DNA from: Candidatus Gastranaerophilales bacterium
GTDB taxonomy: Bacteria; Cyanobacteriota; Vampirovibrionia; Gastranaerophilales; Gastranaerophilaceae
Reading direction: 5' to 3'
Length of the DNA stretch: 64,000 nucleotides
NCBI GenBank assembly: GCA_944325865.1
Contig: CALVBS010000003.1
Location: 11,223-75,222 of the forward strand
Shown here: positions 54,318 through 63,319 of the stretch, piece after piece
Numbering within the stretch: the stretch's first letter is position 1
How the letters are laid out: each line of letters starts with the position of its first letter
Translations under genes and position numbers: made by a program
The notes under the pieces: generated by a model
The model's database searches: none
Told to the model about the DNA's origin: nothing
The model's input: the letters and a program-made list of their open reading frames with translations, nothing else

Positions 54318-55313
54318 TTATTTTGATATTACAAATTGTTTACCACATAGAGTTAGTATTTTTAATTTTTCTCCAAACAATTCACTGTTTTTTAGTGAAA
54401 ATATTTTTTCAAAATTATTTTTACAGCCTATTTTGTAAAGCTTATATTTATTAAATATTTCTTTTGAAAAAGTTTTTTTTATGTCATTTTCAAATTTTTT
54501 TTTGTGTTTTTCTGGAACATAAACAAATTGTCTGCCTAAAGTAAGTGCAGCATAGTCAATGAAATACTTGTTTAATTCCGGTAAGAGATTTTGTTCTTGT
54601 AAAAAATCTTTTACCAAGTTTACAATGTTTATGACTTTGAGTGTTTCTAATGTTTCTTTTTTACAGGCAGAACCTTTACAAATTCTATAGTTATATAATG
54701 GTTTATTGATAAATATAATTTTATTTGCAAAAATTCGGCTTTTTATTGTAAATATATGATCTTGTGCCAATTTGGTATCAGCAAATTTTATATTGTTATT
54801 TTTAATAAAGGCACTTTCATATAATTTGTTCCATACTGATAAATTTGTACTTTTAAAAATATAATCCGGGTTTTCTTTCCAGTTAAATATAGTATCTTCT
54901 TGAAGTAGAATGGCATTAGGTCTTATTTTTGATTCTTTAGAATATTCATAATATTGGTTATATATGGCTTCAACGATATCAGAATCATAGGATTTAGCCT
55001 TAGAATACATTTCCTCATACATATTCAGTTCAACCCAATCATCCGGATCTACAAAACCTATATATTCACCGCTTGACAGTTCTATTCCTCTGTTACGGGC
55101 AACGCCCTGACCCTGGTTTTCCTGACTTATTACTTTTATCCGCTCATCTTTTGACGCATATTCTTCTAATATTGATAACGAACCATCGGTTGAACCATCA
55201 TTGATACAGATTATTTCTATATCGGCTAAAGTTTGATTAATAAGACTATCAAGACATTGTCTTAAATACTTTTCGACATTATATACCGGAATAATAACCG
55301 ATACCTTTGGCAT
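54318..55313 (-). CDS. GT2 glycosyltransferase with C-terminal IFSxKN module
   Basis: 331 aa. VSVIIPVYNVEKYL, INDGSTDGS, VDPDD. Confidence 0.9.
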   Translation of the reverse strand: MPKVSVIIPVYNVEKYLRQCLDSLINQTLADIEIICINDGSTDGSLSILEEYASKDERIKVISQENQGQGVARNRGIELSSGEYIGFVDPDDWVELNMYEEMYSKAKSYDSDIVEAIYNQYYEYSKESKIRPNAILLQEDTIFNWKENPDYIFKSTNLSVWNKLYESAFIKNNNIKFADTKLAQDHIFTIKSRIFANKIIFINKPLYNYRICKGSACKKETLETLKVINIVNLVKDFLQEQNLLPELNKYFIDYAALTLGRQFVYVPEKHKKKFENDIKKTFSKEIFNKYKLYKIGCKNNFEKIFSLKNSELFGEKLKILTLCGKQFVISK

Positions 55314-55507
55314 ACTTCTTTCTCCTGATTCCTGTATTGGAACTCAACCACTTTTAAACATTAGATTCCAGCTGTTTCGATTAATGTTCAAAGCGTTGAA
55401 TCATCATCACTTTTTTAGTCTAATACAAATAAACTATATTTGATATAATTGTAAAGTTTAGTGTAGTTTATTTTTTCTTTTATTCCGCGTGTTTTCCGTT
55501 TGTCAAT

Positions 55508-55542
55508 TACCCGCTTGGGCACTTTATTTATACCCGGTCGGG
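55508..55542. promoter_or_regulatory. GC-rich direct repeat TACCCG(C/G)T(T/C)GGG x2 in the divergent intergenic region
   Basis: TACCCGCTTGGG (55508-55519) and TACCCGGTCGGG (55531-55542), 23 nt apart, in otherwise AT-rich DNA. Confidence 0.3.
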
Positions 55543-55647
55543 TGATTGTTTAAGAAATTTTTTTTAACCAGAATAATGTTTAAGTTGATTTTCAAATTCT
55601 TAATAAAATTTGAAGTAAAGCTTGAAAAATATTATTTGGAGATGGTT

Positions 55648-56649
55648 ATGGCTAAAGTATCGGTTATAGTTCCGGTATATAATGTAGAAAAATATTTAAG
55701 ACAATGTCTTGATAGTCTTGTTAATCAAACATTAACTGATATAGAAATAATCTGTATAAATGACGGCTCAACAGATGGTTCATTAGCAATATTAGAAGAC
55801 TATGCATCAAAAGATAAAAGAATTCGACTAATTAGTCAGGAAAATCAAGGTCAGGGAGTTGCCCGTAACAGAGGAATAGAGTTGTCAACAGGCGAATATC
55901 TTGGCTTCGTGGATCCGGATGACTGGATAGAGTTGAATATGTATGAGGAAATGTATTCTAAGGCTAAGCTGTCGGATGCTATGATTGTAGAGGCTATGTA
56001 TAGCGAGTTTTTCGAAAGCTCTGGAAAAACCAAGATTCGCAAAAGTCCTGTAACTCTTCCGGAAAATCAGGTTTTTACGTGGAAAATTCATAAGGATTAC
56101 TTATTTAAAAGTTCAATTCTTGCAGTTTGGAATAAAATTTATAAAAAAACTTTTGTTAATCAGCACAAAATTAGGTTTGCAGAGGCAAAACTGGCTGAAG
56201 ATCATATTTTCACTTTGAAAAGCAAAGTCCTTGCAGAGAAAATCAATTTTATCAATAAACCTTATTATAATTATCGGGTACGTCGGGATTCCGCGGTTAA
56301 CAGTATCTCACCTGAAACATTGAGGGTTATTGATATATTGAAAGATGTAAATGCTTTCTTTAACGAACAAGGTGTGCGTAACAAATATAATCGAAAAGAG
56401 TTCGATTCTTATTTTGAATTTACACTTGCAAGGCAATATGCTTCTGTGCCTGAGGGGTGCAAAAGTCTTTATGAACAAAAATGCAGAGCTTTTCTAACAG
56501 ATAAACAGTATAAAGAATATCAAAAATTTAAATTTGGGAAATTCAAACCTCTGGAACGTATTTTCTCATTGAAAAATGAAACTTGTTTTGGAGTAAGATA
56601 TAAGGTTTTAGTGTTATTGGGCTGTAAAATAAAATTTAAGCCTGTATAA
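55648..56649 (+). CDS. GT2 glycosyltransferase with C-terminal IFSxKN module (mirror paralog of 54318..55313)
   Basis: MAKVSVIVPVYNVEKYL... aligns from residue 1 with the divergent paralog. ATG55648 follows GGAG. The track's 55546 extension is unsupported. Confidence 0.9.
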   Translation: MAKVSVIVPVYNVEKYLRQCLDSLVNQTLTDIEIICINDGSTDGSLAILEDYASKDKRIRLISQENQGQGVARNRGIELSTGEYLGFVDPDDWIELNMYEEMYSKAKLSDAMIVEAMYSEFFESSGKTKIRKSPVTLPENQVFTWKIHKDYLFKSSILAVWNKIYKKTFVNQHKIRFAEAKLAEDHIFTLKSKVLAEKINFINKPYYNYRVRRDSAVNSISPETLRVIDILKDVNAFFNEQGVRNKYNRKEFDSYFEFTLARQYASVPEGCKSLYEQKCRAFLTDKQYKEYQKFKFGKFKPLERIFSLKNETCFGVRYKVLVLLGCKIKFKPV

Positions 56650-56667
56650 AGAGGAGACTGATTAGTA

Positions 56668-57810
56668 GTGGATAAAGTTATATCAATTATAGTGCCGGTT
56701 TATAATGCCGAAAATTATTTATATAGATGTCTCAGCAGTTTGCGTGCACAAACATTTGGTTTTATTGAGATTATATGCGTAAACGACGGCTCTACCGATC
56801 ACAGTGCAGAAATTTTAGAACGATTTGCTTTGTTAGATTCCAGAATAAAGGTTATATCTCAGGTAAATTCCGGTCCGGCCTCTGCAAGAAATAAAGGCCT
56901 TGAAGCCGCTACCGGTAAATACGTTATGTTTTGTGATGCAGATGATTCATTTGAACCCGAAATGTGTGAAAAAATGTACAATGCGATGCTTATACATAAT
57001 GTAGATTTAGTTATGTGTGATTGTAATATTAATACAACAGTTTCGGCTAATTTCCGTAAGGAAAAGGATATTTTATATCATAAACTTAAACTCGCAGGAT
57101 ACTGTTTTATAGACGCAAAGATATATAATTTGATAAACGTAGTTTTATGGAATAAAATCTTAAAAATATCTTTAATTAAAAAATATAATATCAAGTTTCC
57201 TGATGGTTATGAACATGATGATGCGTGTTTTATCCTGAAATATCTTGCAGTTAGTACATTGTACTACGGGCTTGATGAACCGTTGTATAATTATAATATT
57301 TGCAATCCTGAGTCACTTATGGCTAAGGTGTATAAAAGAAATAATTACGGTAAGAAACTTGATTTCCTTTATGCTTATTATGACGTGATGTTGTTTGTCC
57401 TACATAATCCTGTCAGAAAAGAAATTTTAGAGGGGTTTAAGCATCTGTATGTTAATCAACTGGGTTATTTCGGGCAATTCCTAACAAGTCGGGAACAGTT
57501 CGCAATGCTTGCTGTTTTGCATGGCCAGCTAAAAGATATTGATTTTTTCGAAAAAAATAAATTTATAGATACTGTAAGAGAGGGAAATCTAAAAAAAGCA
57601 CAGGTTTATTTTAATCGTAAAACAAAGTTGACATTTCTCCAACAGATATTTTCATTAACCAATAAATCAGACAAAATAAAACTTTTAACGATTTTAGGTG
57701 TCAGTATTCCACTGCCTCGTAACGCTAAAAGACTTGAGTTGTCAAAAATGAACAGGATAAGCCTTAAGCAATGTAAAACAGGTAATTTAAATCAGGTTAT
57801 AAAATGTTGA
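56668..57810 (+). CDS. GT2 glycosyltransferase with near-C-terminal IFSxxN module (mirror paralog of 53224..54303)
   Basis: 380 aa, GTG start. ISIIVPVYN, VNDGSTDHS, CDADD. Confidence 0.85.
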   Translation: MDKVISIIVPVYNAENYLYRCLSSLRAQTFGFIEIICVNDGSTDHSAEILERFALLDSRIKVISQVNSGPASARNKGLEAATGKYVMFCDADDSFEPEMCEKMYNAMLIHNVDLVMCDCNINTTVSANFRKEKDILYHKLKLAGYCFIDAKIYNLINVVLWNKILKISLIKKYNIKFPDGYEHDDACFILKYLAVSTLYYGLDEPLYNYNICNPESLMAKVYKRNNYGKKLDFLYAYYDVMLFVLHNPVRKEILEGFKHLYVNQLGYFGQFLTSREQFAMLAVLHGQLKDIDFFEKNKFIDTVREGNLKKAQVYFNRKTKLTFLQQIFSLTNKSDKIKLLTILGVSIPLPRNAKRLELSKMNRISLKQCKTGNLNQVIKC

Positions 57811-57860
57811 AAATATAAAAATTATAAATAATGTATGCGGGTAAAAAAAAGAAAGGATTT

Positions 57861-58910
57861 ATGATGGAAACAATTAACATCGGATTTACTGTTACAGACA
57901 GTTATGCACAACATTTGGCAGCAACAATGTCTTCCATATTAAGTAATACATCCAAAGATACGAAATTCAATTTTTATGTAATGAATGAGGGAGATATTAC
58001 TTTTGAAACAAAAAGAAGAATTAGCCTGTTAAAAAATATTCATGATTTTAATATTAAATACATAACTGTAAAAAAAGAAGATTTCAGAGAATATTCTCCC
58101 GGAGTACATATGTCAACGAATTACAGGTTGAAAGTCGCTTCTCTCATTCCTGAAGCAGATAAAATATTATTTTTGGATGTTGATTTAATTGTGTTAGATG
58201 ATATTGCAAATTTGTGGAACACAGATATAAGTGATTATTATATGGCAGCGGTTCCGGATCCATGTCAAATATATCAATTTCAGGTTGTAAGGTCAAAATT
58301 TATAGATAAATTCCCTACGTTAATGTATAATACCGGTGTTATATTATTAAATCTGAAAAAGTGGAGAGAGGATGATATAGAAGAGAAACTTTTGCATGGA
58401 ATAAAATGGTTTTCTGCAAACTATGATCAATGCTGGCCTGATCAATCAACATTAAATATGGTTTTAAAGGATAAGATTAAACAGTTGGATGGCAGGTGGA
58501 ATGCTTGTCCGCTTTTGGGATATATTCAACAACCTCCAGGTGCATATGACAGTATTGAGCAAAGAGACTTGATTTTCGCGAATCCTGCAATAATACATTA
58601 CGCTGCTGACCAAAAATATAAAGCCTGGCTTGATTCAAGTCTTCCTTGGGCAGATGTTTACTGGGAATATCTTAGAAAAACTCCATATTATGAAACCGGT
58701 ATTTTGAATATGGTAAAAAATACTTATAAATATGAGCTGTCAGATATTCATGGAAGTCTCGGGCTTTTGAAACAGCAAAATGTTATTAATTTTAAATATA
58801 AGAAATACAGGGTATTGAAAAATTTAACATTTGGTAAAACTGCAAAACGTTATCGGGAAAAGTGTTCCCGTTTTAGAGCTCTTGTTAATGAAATACAGGC
58901 AATATCTTAG
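57861..58910 (+). CDS. GT8 glycosyltransferase
   Basis: INIGFTVTDSYAQH, FLDVDLIVLDD, NTGVILLNL. The start is ATG57861 or ATG57864, after GAAAGGA. Confidence 0.8.
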   Translation: MMETINIGFTVTDSYAQHLAATMSSILSNTSKDTKFNFYVMNEGDITFETKRRISLLKNIHDFNIKYITVKKEDFREYSPGVHMSTNYRLKVASLIPEADKILFLDVDLIVLDDIANLWNTDISDYYMAAVPDPCQIYQFQVVRSKFIDKFPTLMYNTGVILLNLKKWREDDIEEKLLHGIKWFSANYDQCWPDQSTLNMVLKDKIKQLDGRWNACPLLGYIQQPPGAYDSIEQRDLIFANPAIIHYAADQKYKAWLDSSLPWADVYWEYLRKTPYYETGILNMVKNTYKYELSDIHGSLGLLKQQNVINFKYKKYRVLKNLTFGKTAKRYREKCSRFRALVNEIQAIS

Positions 58911-58959
58911 ATAATTGTGAAAATAAATTATTTATGAAAAATTTTATGGAGTTTCAAAT

Positions 58960-60927
58960 ATGAAAAAAATAAAATCTATTTTTGGCAAGGATTGTATAAA
59001 TGTAGTGTTTGCCTGTGATAAAAACTATGCACCCTGCATGACGGTTGCGGTAAAGTCTTTAATTGAAAATACAGGAATAAATAATAATTACGACATCGTT
59101 ATCCTTGAAGATGGGCTTAATTTTGCGTATAAAAAACTTATTACAAGTTTTACAAAAGATTATGATAATATATCGATAAGGTTTTTTAATATAAAAAAAT
59201 ATATTGAAAGATATGATAATTATTTATTTACTAATGATTATTTTAGTCTTGCCGCTTATTTCAGAATTTTGATACCTGAGGTTTTTCTCGACTATGAAAA
59301 AGTTATATATCTGGATTCTGATGTAATGGTTATGAATGATGTCGCTCTGCTGTACAACACGGAGCTCGGGGAAAATCTCGCCGGGGTAACAAGAGATGTA
59401 GGCACAATTATGCTTTACTGGGGAAAAGATGATATAAAAGATTACATGGATAATAATTTAAAAATACCTGATATGAAAAAATATTTTCAAAACGGTGTTA
59501 TGTTAATGAATTTAGAAAAAATGAGGGAAGAGAATTTTTTTAAAAAGTTTATTAATACTGCAAAATCAATAACCCCGCCGTTGTATTTTGCAGATCAGGA
59601 TATATTTAATATTATATGTTTTAACAGAGTTAAGTATATTAATCAGGTATGGGATGTTGTTACCAATACTGATTGGATTGCCGAACATTTTCCGTCTCAG
59701 GTTTCAGACAGAATTCATAATGAATATAAAAACAACTTGATGTTTGCTAATATTATACATTACGTATCGCAGAACTGGAAAGAGATGCATAAACCTTATA
59801 CTGATATTTATTGGGGTTATGTTTCAAAACTTCCGAAATTTGTACGATATGACTTACAGAAAAAAATAATAAAGGATAGATATGATATTTCAGAAAAAGA
59901 AAAAGTTAAGAAATTGTTTTCTTTAAATTTGAAAACAAACATTGCATATATTTTCGGAAAGAAAATAAGAGATAAGAGTGAGAAATATTATTATGATAAT
60001 ATTCATGAACAGGCTTTTTTGCAGGATTTTCATAAATATTTTGCCCGTAAAGATTTTCAAGATAAATATAGTGCATTAATTAGGAATCTTGATGAAGAGA
60101 GTATTAAAACTATAGATACGACCATAAAGCAGATAAACAGGACAAAACGTTTATCAGATGGAGTTTCCAGCGTTGATTTGTATTCACAATATGAAAAGTC
60201 AATGTTTAAAAAACTTGATAAAGAATTCTTTTCTAAAACGCTTACTGTTAATGAAAATTTGTTCAGATATAAAAATTATTTTCTTCCTGCAAATTACTTT
60301 GGACCGAGTGTATTTTACTATAAACATTGTATAGAATACATTAATAACATAGATGCTATTAAAGGAAAATGCATCATTGATGCCGGTGCAAGTGTCGGGG
60401 ACTCCGCTTTAATCTTTTCTGAGCTTGATTGTGATAGAATCTATTCGTTTGAACCAAATAATGAAACGTTTGACTTACTGAATTCAACGATTAAAATAAA
60501 TATGTTGAGTAAGGTTGTACCGGTATGTTTAGCTTTAGGAAATGACTCAACTGTTAAAAAATTACAGCTTTGCGGATCAGGTTCTACTTTACTTGAAGAT
60601 GAACATTCACAAGATAATTGTGACGTGCAGGATGCATATGTTGTCAGACTTGATGATTATGTAAGACAGCATAAGTTGAATGTCGGGTTGATAAAAACGG
60701 ATTTGGAAGGGTTTGAACAGGAGTTTTTACAAGGGGCTGAACACACTATCAAAACACAACGTCCGATTTTATTGATAAGTTTATACCATAAAGCTTCGGA
60801 CTATTTTGAAATAAAACCAATGATAGAGAGTTGGAATCTGGGGTATAAATTTAAAATAGTAAAACCTTTGATATATAATGTGGTTAATGCAGAAACAATG
60901 CTTGTAGCAGAAGTAAATGAGGAATAA
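58960..60927 (+). CDS. Bifunctional GT8 glycosyltransferase / FkbM-family methyltransferase
   Basis: 655 aa. N-terminal GT8 ([31 protein letters not shown]). C-terminal FkbM paralogous to 49022..50122 ([34 protein letters not shown]). Confidence 0.85.
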   Translation: MKKIKSIFGKDCINVVFACDKNYAPCMTVAVKSLIENTGINNNYDIVILEDGLNFAYKKLITSFTKDYDNISIRFFNIKKYIERYDNYLFTNDYFSLAAYFRILIPEVFLDYEKVIYLDSDVMVMNDVALLYNTELGENLAGVTRDVGTIMLYWGKDDIKDYMDNNLKIPDMKKYFQNGVMLMNLEKMREENFFKKFINTAKSITPPLYFADQDIFNIICFNRVKYINQVWDVVTNTDWIAEHFPSQVSDRIHNEYKNNLMFANIIHYVSQNWKEMHKPYTDIYWGYVSKLPKFVRYDLQKKIIKDRYDISEKEKVKKLFSLNLKTNIAYIFGKKIRDKSEKYYYDNIHEQAFLQDFHKYFARKDFQDKYSALIRNLDEESIKTIDTTIKQINRTKRLSDGVSSVDLYSQYEKSMFKKLDKEFFSKTLTVNENLFRYKNYFLPANYFGPSVFYYKHCIEYINNIDAIKGKCIIDAGASVGDSALIFSELDCDRIYSFEPNNETFDLLNSTIKINMLSKVVPVCLALGNDSTVKKLQLCGSGSTLLEDEHSQDNCDVQDAYVVRLDDYVRQHKLNVGLIKTDLEGFEQEFLQGAEHTIKTQRPILLISLYHKASDYFEIKPMIESWNLGYKFKIVKPLIYNVVNAETMLVAEVNEE

Positions 60928-60930
60928 GTA

Positions 60931-61875
60931 ATGAAGAGAATTTTAGTAACAGGCGGTGCAGGCTTTATAGGAAGCCATTTATGTGAAAGACTGTTAAATG
61001 AAGGTAATGACGTAATCTGTCTGGACAATTTTTTTACAGGTTCAAAAGATAATATAAGACATCTATTGTCAAATGATCATTTCGAACTGGTCCGTCATGA
61101 CATAACAAAAGAATATTTTGCCGAAGTTGATCAGATATATAATATGGCATGCCCTGCAAGTCCTCCTCATTATCAATATAACGCAATTAAAACAATTAAA
61201 ACCTCAATTTTGGGTGTAACCCATATGCTTGGTCTTGCAAAACGCTGTAAGGCAACAATTTTGCAGGCTTCTACAAGTGAAGTTTATGGAGATCCGAAGG
61301 TACATCCGCAGCGTGAAGATTACTGGGGTAATGTTAATCCTATAGGTGTCAGAAGCTGCTATGATGAAGGTAAGCGTTGTGCTGAAACACTAATGATGGA
61401 TTATCACAGGCAAAACGGTGTAGATACTCGAATTATTCGTATTTTTAATACGTATGGTCCGAATATGGATCCGAATGATGGCAGGGTTGTTTCTAACTTT
61501 ATTGTTCAGGCTCTGCAGGGGCATGATATTACAATTTACGGTGACGGTTCACAAACCCGTTCTTTCTGTTATGTATCGGATCTTGTTGACGGTATCGTAA
61601 AAATGATGAATAATCCTCAAAAATTTATCGGTCCTGTAAATTTGGGTAATCCATCAGAAAGAACAATTCTTGATTTTGCAAAACTTATTATTGAAATGAC
61701 AAATTCAAATTCCAAAATAGTTTACAGACCTCTGCCTGGTGATGACCCTACTCAGAGAAAACCTGATATTTCTCTTGCGAAAAAAGAACTCGGCTGGGAG
61801 CCTAAAGTTGATATCAGAGAAGGTTTGCAAAAAACTATTGAGTATTTTGACAGAAAAATAAAGGAGAATAAATAA
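60931..61875 (+). CDS. uxs: UDP-glucuronate decarboxylase (UDP-xylose synthase)
   Basis: 314 aa. [52 protein letters not shown]. Confidence 0.93.
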   Translation: MKRILVTGGAGFIGSHLCERLLNEGNDVICLDNFFTGSKDNIRHLLSNDHFELVRHDITKEYFAEVDQIYNMACPASPPHYQYNAIKTIKTSILGVTHMLGLAKRCKATILQASTSEVYGDPKVHPQREDYWGNVNPIGVRSCYDEGKRCAETLMMDYHRQNGVDTRIIRIFNTYGPNMDPNDGRVVSNFIVQALQGHDITIYGDGSQTRSFCYVSDLVDGIVKMMNNPQKFIGPVNLGNPSERTILDFAKLIIEMTNSNSKIVYRPLPGDDPTQRKPDISLAKKELGWEPKVDIREGLQKTIEYFDRKIKENK

Positions 61876-63200
61876 TGAAAGTATGCGTAGTAGGAACAGG
61901 TTATGTAGGTCTTGTAGTCGGTACTTGCCTTGCCGAAATGGGTAACAATGTTATCTGTGTCGATAACGATTTGAAAAAGTTGGCAAAGCTTGAAGAAGGT
62001 ATTGTGCCGATTTATGAACCTGGTTTGGAAGAACTTATTAAGGTTAATGTTGCAGAAGGCCGTTTGAAATTTTCTTCAGACCTTGCTGATTCAGTCCAAA
62101 AATCACTGGTTTGCTTTATTGCGGTAGGTACTCCTCAAGGGGAGGACGGTTCTGCAGATTTACAATATGTTTGTCAGGTTGCCGAAGGTATAGGTAAAGC
62201 TTTAAACGGCTACAAAGTTATTGTTGATAAGTCAACAGTACCTGTAGGAACTGCTGATAAGGTTACTTCTATTATCAAGTCAGTTTCAAGTGAAGACTTT
62301 GATGTTGTTTCAAACCCAGAATTTTTAAAACAGGGAGCTGCAGTTGATGACTTTTTAAAACCGGACAGAGTTGTAATCGGTTCTAACTCCCAAAAAGCAA
62401 CTGAAATTATGCAGGAATTATACGCTCCGTTTTTGAGAACAGGCAATCCGGTTATCATAATGGATGTTAAATCTGCAGAAATGACTAAATATGCGGCAAA
62501 TTCATTTCTTGCCGTAAAAATTTCTTACGCAAATGAAATTGCAAATATTTGTGAAAAAGTGGGTGCTGATGCCGAAATGGTAAGAATTGGTATGTGTTCC
62601 GATAAACGTATCGGTTCACAATTCTTGTTCCCTGGTTTAGGATATGGCGGAAGCTGTTTCCCTAAAGATGTAAAAGCTCTTTTGAAAACCGCTAAAGATA
62701 ATGAATGTGATTACCAGCTTTTGCAGGCTGCAGATGATGTTAATAAAAGACAAAGACAAATATTTATTAACAAAATTCTCAAAAGATTCGGCAATAATCT
62801 TTCAGGTAAAACCTTTGCAATCTGGGGTCTTGCTTTTAAACCTAAGACTAACGATATGAGAGAGGCTCCTGCTATTACAATTATCAATGCTTTGCTGGAA
62901 AGAGGTGCTAAAGTTCAGGCATATGATCCGAAAGCTTTTGACAGTGCAAAATTTATTTTCGGTGACAAAATCGAATATGCAAAATCTTCATACGAAGCAC
63001 TTCAAAATGCAGATGCACTGCTTTTGTTAACAGAATGGAACGAATTCAGAAGACCTGATTTTGATAAGATTAAATCATTACTGAAAAATCCTGTTATATT
63101 CGACGGAAGAAATCAGTATAATGCAAAACGTCTTATTGAAAGAGGGTTTGAATACACACAAATCGGAAAGCAAACCGATAAGTCACTTTTGAATGTTTAA
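61875..63200 (+). CDS. ugd: UDP-glucose 6-dehydrogenase
   Basis: 441 aa. VVGTGYVGLV, NPEFL.QG, GGSCFPKD, WGLAFKP.TNDMREAP. Confidence 0.95.
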   Translation: MKVCVVGTGYVGLVVGTCLAEMGNNVICVDNDLKKLAKLEEGIVPIYEPGLEELIKVNVAEGRLKFSSDLADSVQKSLVCFIAVGTPQGEDGSADLQYVCQVAEGIGKALNGYKVIVDKSTVPVGTADKVTSIIKSVSSEDFDVVSNPEFLKQGAAVDDFLKPDRVVIGSNSQKATEIMQELYAPFLRTGNPVIIMDVKSAEMTKYAANSFLAVKISYANEIANICEKVGADAEMVRIGMCSDKRIGSQFLFPGLGYGGSCFPKDVKALLKTAKDNECDYQLLQAADDVNKRQRQIFINKILKRFGNNLSGKTFAIWGLAFKPKTNDMREAPAITIINALLERGAKVQAYDPKAFDSAKFIFGDKIEYAKSSYEALQNADALLLLTEWNEFRRPDFDKIKSLLKNPVIFDGRNQYNAKRLIERGFEYTQIGKQTDKSLLNV

Positions 63201-63220
63201 TTTAAAAATAAATGAAGCTT

Positions 63221-63254
63221 AAGACTGCAATTAAAAGATTGCAGTCTTTTTTTA
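63221..63254 (+). terminator. Rho-independent terminator after ugd
   Basis: AAGACTGCAAT / ATTGCAGTCTT 11-bp stem, 6-nt loop, T7. Confidence 0.85.
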
Positions 63255-63319
63255 TTTAATATGGCAAAAAAATCGTTTTTGGGGTTTATTATTATTATTA
63301 CGTTATTAAAGGAAGTAAA

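Noticed and set aside
51126-55313. Numerous short ORFs in alternative frames across the AT-rich left arm (for example 51593..51778, 52700..52930, 52903..53313, 53330..53677)
   Set aside because: Very AT-rich coding DNA leaves stop-poor alternative frames. All of these overlap glycosyltransferase genes with clear family motifs.
55546-55647. The 34-codon N-terminal extension of the GT2 gene (track start TTG55546)
   Set aside because: The mirror paralog and all other GT2s here begin directly at M.KVSVI.PVYN. The extension is AT-rich spacer translation, and ATG55648 has a GGAG SD.
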